Shown here one piece after another: positions 29,346-38,400 of a DNA stretch of 64,000 nt. Origin of the DNA: Candidatus Terraquivivens tengchongensis (GTDB lineage: Archaea > Thermoproteota > Nitrososphaeria_A > Caldarchaeales > Wolframiiraptoraceae). Under the pieces are notes generated by a model. That model saw nothing but the letters and a program-made list of their open reading frames with translations, made no database searches and was not told the DNA's origin. Position 1 is the first letter of the stretch; each line of letters opens with the position of its first letter. The stretch covers positions 96,001 to 160,000 of the forward strand of contig JALNJZ010000001.1 of assembly GCA_023261845.1 (NCBI GenBank), in the 5' to 3' direction. The position numbers were made by a program, and so were the translations under genes.

Positions 29346-30563
29346 TTGTCGGAAGAGAGGCGTAAGGTTTTCGAGTTCAAGATTCCCTTTATAATCCTAA
29401 GGTCGAGAAGGGTTACTGGGCTCTTCACTTGGGCAGCTAGGAGAAAATTCCTTAGCCCGCTGGGCTGGGTCATGGTAGCACTCCTTCCAGTATCTTCAGC
29501 CATAGGAATATTCCTGATAGTGAATTCGGTATCAGCCATTCTGGTCTCGCCGGAAGTAAGGGAGGCTGGAAGGCAGATGGGTGCTCAAGCCTACCTCTTG
29601 ATACCAGGCATAAACCCTTACCTGCCGATAGTTTACGGCTGGATAGGAATTGTCGTGGCGATAATCATCCATGAATTCTCGCACGGGATAATGGCAAGCC
29701 AGCTAGGCTTTAGGGTGAAGTCCAGCGGCATGCTGTTGTTCCTTGGCATTCCCGTAGGCGCCTTTGTCGAAGTTGACGAGCAACAGCTGAAGGGTGCGAG
29801 CTTGAGAAAGTCTGCAAGGGTACTCGCAGCAGGACCTAGCATGAACGTAGCCTTCGCCGTTGCATGCCTTCTCGCATTACTCGTGCTCGTCTCCGGCCTA
29901 TCACCTTCTTTGGATGGTCTCTACGTTTCAAGTGTCGAGGAGGGGATGCCGGCCCAGCAAGCAGGGATATCTGAGGGCGATGTCATAGTATCCGTGAACG
30001 GCAAGCAGGTGCTCACGGTAGACGCCTTGAAGCAGGCCCTGGACAATCCGCCTCCCGATGGCAAGTTGGTCTTAGAGATCAGGAAAGGAGATGGATGGAA
30101 GGATAGCATGACGGTAGAGTTGGTACCCGTTGAGACAAAAGAAGGTCTGAGGATCGGCGTGTACGTCGTGGAACTAAGGACCACGAGCATCCTCGAGAAC
30201 TACAGGAGGCTGGCCTATTCGTCACCAATCCTGCACTTCATCCCGCCAACGATGGGCAGCGCACAGAATTTCGTTCCATTCTCAGATGCGCTCCACGTCT
30301 TTTACCAGCACCCAATCGGTCCGGGCTATTACTATCTTGCCAACCTACTTTTCTGGCTCTGGTTCATAAACGTGAACGTCGGGATATTCAACTCACTTCC
30401 AATCTACCCGCTCGACGGAGGCCAAGTGCTCATGAATAGTTTAAGGACCTTCGCCGGAGGCAGGCTGACAGAATCTGTCATCAGAGGCATAACGGGAGCA
30501 ATCTCGGCGATGCTTGTGATACTTGTCATTTCTATTGTCTTTTTACCTTTCCTGATAAGGTGA
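29346..30563 (+). CDS. Site-2 protease (M50) with PDZ domain
   Basis: HEFSH, AAGPSMN, PDZ, NSLPIYPLDGG. Confidence 0.93.
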   Translation: MSEERRKVFEFKIPFIILRSRRVTGLFTWAARRKFLSPLGWVMVALLPVSSAIGIFLIVNSVSAILVSPEVREAGRQMGAQAYLLIPGINPYLPIVYGWIGIVVAIIIHEFSHGIMASQLGFRVKSSGMLLFLGIPVGAFVEVDEQQLKGASLRKSARVLAAGPSMNVAFAVACLLALLVLVSGLSPSLDGLYVSSVEEGMPAQQAGISEGDVIVSVNGKQVLTVDALKQALDNPPPDGKLVLEIRKGDGWKDSMTVELVPVETKEGLRIGVYVVELRTTSILENYRRLAYSSPILHFIPPTMGSAQNFVPFSDALHVFYQHPIGPGYYYLANLLFWLWFINVNVGIFNSLPIYPLDGGQVLMNSLRTFAGGRLTESVIRGITGAISAMLVILVISIVFLPFLIR

Positions 30564-30607
30564 AGCTAAATAAATGAAGCATGTAACCCAAAATCGTTGG
30601 GATTGAT

Positions 30608-30695
30608 GCCGGGGTAGCCTAGCTGGTAAGGCGCAGGCCTGGAGAGCCTGTGGCCCTTTCGGGCCTCGTGGGTTCGAATCCCACCCCCGGCGCCA
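30608..30695 (+). tRNA. tRNA-Ser(GGA), CCA encoded
   Basis: GCCGGGG/CCCCGGC acceptor stem, CAGGC-CTGGAGA-GCCTG anticodon arm, long variable arm, GTTCGAATC. Confidence 0.97.
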
Positions 30696-30723
30696 TTATA
30701 TAGAATAGAACCTCATCTAGAGG

Positions 30724-31617
30724 CTACGATTGTTCCTCGCTTTCAGGCTCGATGTGTATCACGATATCAACGTTGCTAAGTCTCTGCTTTAGCTTGCTTT
30801 CTGCCTCGTCGCAAATCCTATGGGCTTCCTCAACCGTTAGATTTCTATCAACCTCTAGGTGCACATCTGCGAAGATTTTCTTTCCAGCCTGCCTAATGCG
30901 GAGGCTGTGAATTCCTCTCACACCATCCACACCCACGAGCGTATTTTCGAGGGCTTTCATCACTTCCTCTGGAGGGGTTTCAGCGATTATGGATGCCCTC
31001 AACTCGCGGAACGTTTGGACGACGAAAAAGGCAATCAATACGATTAATACGAATGTTGCCACGACATCATATAACGCTGATACATAAACCCCTAACGAGA
31101 CGCCAGAAAGCGTCAACAAACCCTCTACCACGTCCAGGCTTATATGCCGCGCCTCAACGCTAGCTATGGTGCTCTCCCGTCCAAAGAGTCTGAGAAGTGT
31201 GCTCATACTCACGTTAAGCACTAAAGAAGCGATAGCAAAAGGCACACCTATTGGGTCGATAGGTTCTATGAAGCCATGTCTAAGTTTGTCAATAGCAATG
31301 AATGCGATAAATGAAAATGTGAAAATCATCAACATAAGTATCAGTAAGGAGCCGTAGACTTCGAGAAGTGAGTGTCCATACTGATGCCTAGAGTCTGGGG
31401 GCTTCTCTGCCTTAGACTTAAACGTGTATGCTATAGCCCCGCTGGCGACGTTGAGTAGCGAGTCGCTACCGTCAGCGAGTAGGGCCGTGCTCCCAGACAG
31501 CACGCCACCGGCGATCTTTAACCCGCAAATAGCAGCGTTTCCAAAGGTCGACACCAGCAAGACCTTGTGAATTGGGCTTCGCTTTCTCATTCTCACATGG
31601 ACGCCGTTAGAGATCAT
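30724..31617 (-). CDS. Cation diffusion facilitator (FieF-like) transporter
   Basis: STALLADGSDS, PPDSRHQYGH, C-terminal HSLRIR...DVHLEV...IHIEP. Confidence 0.92.
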   Translation of the reverse strand: MISNGVHVRMRKRSPIHKVLLVSTFGNAAICGLKIAGGVLSGSTALLADGSDSLLNVASGAIAYTFKSKAEKPPDSRHQYGHSLLEVYGSLLILMLMIFTFSFIAFIAIDKLRHGFIEPIDPIGVPFAIASLVLNVSMSTLLRLFGRESTIASVEARHISLDVVEGLLTLSGVSLGVYVSALYDVVATFVLIVLIAFFVVQTFRELRASIIAETPPEEVMKALENTLVGVDGVRGIHSLRIRQAGKKIFADVHLEVDRNLTVEEAHRICDEAESKLKQRLSNVDIVIHIEPESEEQS

Positions 31618-31676
31618 GGGGACGATATAGGTCTTTTTTCGGCGGTTTTGTCTTTCATCATTAGCACGTAGCTTAT

Positions 31677-32018
31677 TCAGGTTATTAGGCCCAGCTCTCT
31701 TAGTGCGTCCTTGACCTTCTGGCCCGGCCTAACTATCAGTGTTTTTATTCCAAATTGCTGTAACGCGGCTGATGCTCCTGGACCCATCTCGCTCAATATT
31801 ACTGCATCCACGTTTTTGTTCGCTAATGTTTTTGCGATCGTCAGTCCTCTTTTATGTGTTAGAGCTTCTGCTGGGTTACTTATGACCTCAAACGTTTTGA
31901 CCTTACCGTCTTCTATCTCAATTATCGTAAACGACTTCGTGTGTCCAAAGTGAGGGGAAACAACATCTTCTAGACCTTTATCTCTGACGGTGGCTACTGC
32001 AACCCTCATCTCTTTCAC
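31677..32018 (-). CDS. NifB/NifX family (Fe-Mo cofactor biosynthesis domain) protein
   Basis: RVAVAT...VSPHFGH...F...NP...MGPGA...GI. Confidence 0.88.
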   Translation of the reverse strand: MKEMRVAVATVRDKGLEDVVSPHFGHTKSFTIIEIEDGKVKTFEVISNPAEALTHKRGLTIAKTLANKNVDAVILSEMGPGASAALQQFGIKTLIVRPGQKVKDALRELGLIT

Positions 32019-32251
32019 TTCTTTTCTTCGAGAGATTTCTTCAGTTCCTCTATCTTCCTGTTGATCTCCGATATTTGTCTCTCCAGTTCTCTCTTCGTAT
32101 CCTCTAGGAACTTTAATTCCTCACTTGGGTCTGCCGGATACCCGTACCACCATGGAGCGTATGCTCTAGCCCAAGCAGGCGGCCATGGATGTCTTGGACA
32201 CCACCAACCTTTAGGCCAATACCTGTAATGCCAACCCCCATACATCCCCAA
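32015..32251 (-). CDS. DUF5320-like small protein (Gly/Trp/Pro-rich N-terminus, coiled-coil C-terminus)
   Basis: Composition, EELKFLE...INRKIEEL coil, and NifX/DUF134 context. Confidence 0.7.
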   Translation of the reverse strand: MGMYGGWHYRYWPKGWWCPRHPWPPAWARAYAPWWYGYPADPSEELKFLEDTKRELERQISEINRKIEELKKSLEEKK

Positions 32252-32263
32252 TCACCTCCATAT

Positions 32264-32307
32264 TGTGATATTTCACAGAAAATATTTAAATTTTGTGAAA
32301 TATCACA
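32264..32307. promoter_or_regulatory. Twin operator: 14-bp perfect inverted repeat flanking a central TATA-like box
   Basis: TGTGATATTTCACA (32264-32277) and TGTGAAATATCACA (32294-32307) around AATATTTAAA. Confidence 0.75.
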
Positions 32308-32313
32308 TAAAGC

Positions 32314-32628
32314 GTGCACGGATACCGTTGGTGCAGAAGGCAAAGGTATGGCGGAGTCGGCAGATGTCCAAAACCAGTCGTCATCTCGACTATACCTCTT
32401 GTCGAAAGGATAGAGCCTTCACCAAAAGGTAGCAATGAACCGATATACTTAGATATCGCAGAGGTTGAGGCACTAAAGCTCGTAGACCTAGACAAATTAA
32501 CTATGGATGAAGCCGGTGAAAGGATGCGCGTATCCAGGAATACTATCTGGAGGCTAGTTCAGAGCGGCAGAGAGAAACTCGTAAGGGCCATAGTAGAGGG
32601 CAGACAGGTCTTGATTCGAAAAGATTAG
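32314..32628 (+). CDS. DUF134 family putative DNA-binding protein
   Basis: GRCPKP, EVEALKLVD, EAGERMRVSRNTIWR...REKLVRAIVEG. Confidence 0.9.
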   Translation: MHGYRWCRRQRYGGVGRCPKPVVISTIPLVERIEPSPKGSNEPIYLDIAEVEALKLVDLDKLTMDEAGERMRVSRNTIWRLVQSGREKLVRAIVEGRQVLIRKD

Positions 32629-32641
32629 CGAGTGCCATTTT

Positions 32642-34120
32642 TTAAGAGAACCTGTTCCCAACATACCTGATACCGGCCGCAAGCAATTCCCTCGCTTCCT
32701 TGTCTATCAATAACAGCAGAGAAAAGTAGATACAACCACCCACCAGAGCTTCGGCAATCGTTTTAAGTGAGCCGACGGGTGGGTATAGAAAGAATACGAC
32801 TATCATAGGCATGGCTGCGACAGTGTACTTTAGAAAGCTTAGCGCTGGGAATGAGAACTTAAGGATCTTTTTCAGAATGGCATAGAGATATAGGAGCGTA
32901 AGCGCGTTAACGATGAGCAGACCTATGTTCGCATAAAAAGGTATCATAGTGTAAGCGTTCTCTGCGTCATAAGATAAAATAAGCCGCGTTATGATGAAGA
33001 GTGATGCTAAGTATGCTGAGGAAGCAACCATGTTTATAGAAGGTATGAGAAAGAGTTTGCTTTTCATAAGTTTGCGGAACGAAAGCTGACCCTCTTTGTC
33101 TACGCTTTCAAGACCCGCTATCGCACCACTGAAGACGTTCGCGGTCGCCGAAATTAATGCGACAAACACTCCAACCCTTACTATATCGGATGCTACGACA
33201 TACTCGGCCTTTAGGATTGCCAGCAACGGTTTCGCTAGGACGAATGCGCCGACTACCATAGGAACTGCGAACATCAAGACCAGCTTCAGTACGGTCTCTA
33301 CGTCCCTACTTCCGCCGCCAGAGAGTAGTTTAGGGTAGAGGGCCGATGCTAGGAACGCTGAGTAACTCACCATGCCGAATATGACCTGGGCAGCCCTCCA
33401 GTAGGCTATCGGCTCCGTGGAGTTACTCAGCACAGTGACCAATAGTGTATCAAAGCTCAGCAACGTTCCCGGCAGAAGACCGTAAGCCGGGAGCCAGCTC
33501 GACTTTATCCATTGGGCCGCAACGTTCCAATCAAGACTGCCCCTTAGAAAACTTAACTGCGTGATCGCCAGGAACGCCGCTTGGACGGCATAGGCCAGTA
33601 TCACGGAGGTTAAAACACCGTAAAAACCCATCCTCAGTAGCAACACGAAGACGATTCCGAGCGCTATCTTCGATACCTCAAACACTACGAAGCCGTACTG
33701 CGGCAGCTCAGGACGGTGACCATAAGCCAAAGCTTCTAGGGCTTGGGATAGGTAAAGGAAAGGTATGGTTAGACTTGCCAAGAAGAATACACTGACGTCG
33801 GCCGTTAGGTCCCTTGAGCCCCAGACAGATATCGCCAAGAATGCAACGAGTGCGGCAAAGGAGAAGGACGCCGATAAGCATACATGCGTCTTTCCAACAT
33901 TGTAGCCCCTCGCCGTGAAGCGCGTCGACCAGTAGTTTATCAGAGCGTTGGGAAACAGAAGATAGCTACACAGAATCGATATGTACTGCCAGAGCCCAAA
34001 TTCTGAGACGGAAAGGTTCCTAGTAACCAGGACCGTAAATGCGAGTCCAGTAAATATACTACCGATGCGTGTTAAGAAGGCTACAAGACCTGTGTAGCGC
34101 AGCCTTATGGCCCTGCCCAA
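32642..34120 (-). CDS. Polysaccharide/oligosaccharide flippase (Wzx/MOP superfamily)
   Basis: Many TM segments; LVTRNLSVSEFGLW start motif. Confidence 0.8.
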   Translation of the reverse strand: MGRAIRLRYTGLVAFLTRIGSIFTGLAFTVLVTRNLSVSEFGLWQYISILCSYLLFPNALINYWSTRFTARGYNVGKTHVCLSASFSFAALVAFLAISVWGSRDLTADVSVFFLASLTIPFLYLSQALEALAYGHRPELPQYGFVVFEVSKIALGIVFVLLLRMGFYGVLTSVILAYAVQAAFLAITQLSFLRGSLDWNVAAQWIKSSWLPAYGLLPGTLLSFDTLLVTVLSNSTEPIAYWRAAQVIFGMVSYSAFLASALYPKLLSGGGSRDVETVLKLVLMFAVPMVVGAFVLAKPLLAILKAEYVVASDIVRVGVFVALISATANVFSGAIAGLESVDKEGQLSFRKLMKSKLFLIPSINMVASSAYLASLFIITRLILSYDAENAYTMIPFYANIGLLIVNALTLLYLYAILKKILKFSFPALSFLKYTVAAMPMIVVFFLYPPVGSLKTIAEALVGGCIYFSLLLLIDKEARELLAAGIRYVGNRFS

Positions 34121-34221
34121 GCATCAGTCGCCTAAAATTTTTGATGGTTATTATCGTCGTGATTAGACCGCTTAAAAAGCGTTAAAACCCCACAACCCGG
34201 TACTAAGCCTCTCCCGGTAAA

Positions 34222-34262
34222 AGTTCAGCACCATGGAAAAATTTTTCCGCAGATGCTGAACT
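34222..34262. other. Intergenic hairpin/palindrome
   Basis: AGTTCAGCA...TGCTGAACT stem enclosing the perfect palindrome GGAAAAATTTTTCC. Confidence 0.5.
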
Positions 34263-34312
34263 AATTTGTTGGTAGTATAGGCCGCTCGTCTACTACGACT
34301 CTGGTACGCCGA

Positions 34313-35332
34313 TTAGTACCCGTATTCTCCGTACCAACCTTCGGCCGAGGTAGTCCTCCTTCTTAGGACTAAGGCCACGACCGTCATACCCGCTATGACG
34401 CCCACCGAGATTATTATCAGCTGCCTTGCCAGCTCCCTATCCACTAGGTTTATCGGCACCTTTGGTTCTTCCGTCGTCGCTGTTAGGTTGAAGACGTTGA
34501 TGTTTATAGAATATCTTCCGCCACCACCATGACCGTCAAAGTTCGAAACCTTTAGGTAGAAGCTCTTGTTGCCTGCAATATCTCCTTTGAGCGTTAACGT
34601 GAAGCCCTTGCCAGGAGATGTGGAGCTATTCCGTGCGACCGTGAAGCCGTCAGGAAGGTGAAGGGATGCCTCCAAGGACATGTCAGCGGATGGCAGAACG
34701 TTAATCCTGACAGCCTCCATATTCCTTAACATCGTGTCAAAGACGTAGAAATCCACGAAGTCATCACCAGCACCCGATTGTGCGAGGTAGCCCGAGAACG
34801 AAAGCTCAGCACCGTAGGAGGCTAGGCCTACGTAGGTTGCTTCCTCTATGCTCGAGCCGGCCTCCTTCTTCCCTGCATCCCTCCTGTCCAAGAGCGTTGC
34901 CGAAACGTTGTACTCATAGATTCCTCCGACTGCACTTATCTTGAGGTAGAAGTCGCCTCCCTTCTCTGTCAACCATCTTAACGATATGGTCCTTAACTCT
35001 CCGCTCCTTAAGACGAACTTATCATCAAATACTTTTGCCTTCTTCTCGGTAAAGAGCGATACCATCGTCATCCCTCCCTCTTTGGAGTGCATAGTTATGT
35101 TTAGGACAAGCTCGTATCCAGCACCCACACCAGATAACTTATAGTAATGGTCCTCTAACTGCGATAGGGTACTGTTGAATAGCACAGTCTTTCCGACGTC
35201 CAGGTGTACCTCGCCTGCGCTCTCGAAGGACCCGCCCGGCGTAGGCTGTGAGCTAACCGTCAATATCGGCATTATCAGGAGTAGAACCACTAAAGGTAAT
35301 AGGGCGCGCACTTTCCCCATCTCATTCATCAC
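34313..35332 (-). CDS. Secreted, C-terminally anchored surface protein with two PPC-like beta-sandwich repeats
   Basis: Signal peptide; repeated D(H/F)YY...FYLK(I/V)S...G.Y pattern; C-terminal TM followed by RRR. Confidence 0.7.
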   Translation of the reverse strand: MMNEMGKVRALLPLVVLLLIMPILTVSSQPTPGGSFESAGEVHLDVGKTVLFNSTLSQLEDHYYKLSGVGAGYELVLNITMHSKEGGMTMVSLFTEKKAKVFDDKFVLRSGELRTISLRWLTEKGGDFYLKISAVGGIYEYNVSATLLDRRDAGKKEAGSSIEEATYVGLASYGAELSFSGYLAQSGAGDDFVDFYVFDTMLRNMEAVRINVLPSADMSLEASLHLPDGFTVARNSSTSPGKGFTLTLKGDIAGNKSFYLKVSNFDGHGGGGRYSININVFNLTATTEEPKVPINLVDRELARQLIIISVGVIAGMTVVALVLRRRTTSAEGWYGEYGY

Positions 35333-35457
35333 AACTCTGTAAAATTAGCCATAGAAATACGTTTCCCTAAATCTTTGTGATATAAACGGCTAGATACCAT
35401 ACTTTGATAAGATTTGCATAAAGAAAAAAGAGGAGTTTGTAGGAGCACCGCAGGCTC

Positions 35458-38400
35458 CTACTTCTTTGGTGGCGGAGGTGGGAATATTCCCACCCTTCTA
35501 CCACGCCAGCGCACGTACTCGAATGCTATGACGACGATTACTATGACCAGCAGGATTATGCCGATTATCAGCGCTAGGAACGTGGCGAACGTCAGAGGCA
35601 TGCCAGCTATCTCTATGTACGGTGGCAGCGTTATTTCGGCTGCCTTGCCAGCCATCAGGTCCGCCTTAGATACTGTTACCGTACCAGTGTATCCCTTGTA
35701 AGTTGCCTCGACCTCATAGTCTGCGGCTACTAGCTTCGGTATCGTCACTGCACCTCCCTCGTCAGTTGTGAAGTGTCCCACCACCACGCCTGCCCTCTTC
35801 AACGTTACCGTTGCGAATGGCAGGCCTTGGCCTGCGGCACCCTTCACCAACACGCTGAGGTCGAACAGTTGTCCTATGACCGTTATCGAGGTCTTAGCTG
35901 TTGAGAATTTTTCGGTAGCCTTGTAGACCTCCTCGCCCTCGCGTGTGACTACTATCTGGTAGGCTATGCCCTTGCCTTCGCTCTCGAGCGGTACGCTCTC
36001 GAAGACAGCCTTTCCTGCGGCATCTGTCTTTGCCTTTACAGCTCCTAACGATACCTCAGCTCCTGATACAGGTCTTCCCTGAGCGTCAACGACGTTGACC
36101 GTAACAACACCTACTGGTAGCGTTATCTCCCTCTTTGCGTTGATTCCGTCAACCGTGTCAACGATCGAGACCTTTGCCTCAGTTCCGAAGTCAGGCGAGG
36201 TCCATGATAGGTCTAGGCTGTACCTTATGTTCGTCGGTATAGGTAACTTCGTCACGAAGATTGCGCCAACTGCCTTCAAAGTCTTAGCATCTTCCTCGCT
36301 CGCAAGCTTGTACTTATCGAGTATCGCCTTTGGTATCGTTAGCTTCTGCTCTACGCCCTCGAACTTTGCGATTGCATCGCTCAGCACCCTTCCGGTTATG
36401 TCCTTGACAGCCACGCTTATGTCGCCTACTGCAACCTGGAGCTCTCCAGCAACCGTACCGACGTTAGCAGCGCTAAGGTCGAAGCTCTTCCTTCCGACGA
36501 TGACGCCTAACCACTTTGCTATCTCATCGTATGTACCTCTGTTCAGCCTCTTGACCTCTATGACCTCCTTAGCCTTGAACTCGACAGTTCCACCAGCCTT
36601 ATCTGGGAACTCCCTGTAGAATGTTGCGTCTACCTCTATCGGCTTAGCCTCTCCATAGTAGTGCCTTACTCTGATGTCGAAGATCTTAGCCATTATGTCC
36701 CAGTGGGCACCTGGCCTTATCCTCCACACGCCGTGATACTCATGAGCCAGTGTCGTTACCTTGACCCTCTTAGCAAGCTCTCCGAATATTCCAGGCCCTG
36801 GCTGGGTCTCGTCAATGTCGCTGGAGTAGCTTACCGGCCACTTTCCGAATGCGTTGAACGGCCATGCTGGGTGGCCTTCAGCATCCCTGCCGAGATAGTG
36901 GACCCTCAGCAACAAAGTCCACTCAGGCTTCCTTAAGTAGACGGTCTCGGTAACACCGTCCTTTCCTGCGTAAGACCAGCCTGCCGTCTTGCCAGTTACC
37001 GAGTCTACCATCCATAAGAATGCGCCAGGTAATGGCCTGCCGTTGAAGTCCGTTATCTTAGCCGTTACTGGCATGTACTGGAATACTGGCGAGAACGGTA
37101 CGTGCTGCGAGGTCTTCGGGTCGTTAGGCCATACGCTTATACTTGCGTACCATGCACCGCCTATCCTTTCCCATTTGCCGAACTTTGAAGGCAACCATAG
37201 ACCTGCACCCCACTCGTTCGTGACCTCCATGTCTACTGGGAGGCCGTAGAGGTCGTATATCCTGCTCATAACACCTTTATCTTTAACCCATAGCGATGGC
37301 TCTGGCAACCATGCGAAGTATCCCTCTGGCGTCAAGTCTATGCCGACCATCGCAGCCGGGTCCTGCGTTCCCTCGAATACGGATAGGCCGTGTGCCTCAG
37401 CTCCAGGCTTCACGACGTTGTTCAGCCAGTATGGGTCCTTCTCGTTCAGCATGTAAGCTGGCGGGCTTACGACTAGCCAAGATGCCTCCTTCGTCATTCC
37501 AGCCTTTATCCTGCTACCGTTCCATATGACTGTCTCCGGTGTTGTACCACTCTTTATCCATGCTGTTCCGGTCTCGTCGGTCTTGCCCTCGAACGTTACC
37601 TTCCACTTAGCCCACAGAGCCTCCCTCTCCGCATCAGTCAAGTAGTCTGATGGCGGCACGAACGTCAGCTTAACGTTCCAGCCTACCAGCGGGCCTGTCG
37701 TGTAGGTGGCCGTTGCGTTCTCTCCTTGCTGCCATACTACCCTTACTGCGATGTCGGTAGCGTTCAGCTTAAGGGCGACGTGCTTCACAGTCCTTGTTGC
37801 CTCTATTACTTCTCTTGTCTTAGCAGGCTCTAGGTAGTCGATTAGCCGTATCTCGTCTTTGTTAATTGGTGTGTACCTGCCGACCTTTCCAAAGCCACCA
37901 GTGGCGTAGCCGCTTATTACGTCGCCGCTCTCCCTTGTCCACCTGTACGTCGTGTGGTCAAACGGAGCAGCGCCTATTATCACCCAGACCGCAGAGTTGA
38001 CCGGCGACCCGTCAGTACCGTTTCCGAACATCAGCTGCTTGTAGCTCTTGTCATCGACCTTTACTGGACCCTTCTCTAGACCTGTGTACCATGCTGCAAC
38101 CCTCCAGAGGTGGCTTACGTTCCACTCGACGTACTTGTTCAGGAAGTAGTCAAAGACTTTGAACTTCATGGCAGTCGGTACCAAGTTGAGCTCCAGCTTT
38201 CCGTCAGCCCATGGTTTCTTGCCCATTGCCTCATCAACGGGTACAAGCGTCCATGTCTTCGCGGTGTCGTTGGCCACCAGTATGCCTGGATGGACGTATG
38301 CATCAGGCTTCGTGACGTTTATCCATGCAAGGTCTGCGTATAATCCCTTGACTACCCTCTCGAAGTCCGTGCATATCGTGTGGTACAACACTACATCAGA

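Noticed and set aside
31677-32018. Nitrogen fixation implied by the NifX-like gene
   Set aside because: The family is widespread in non-diazotrophs, and there are no nifHDK genes in the window.
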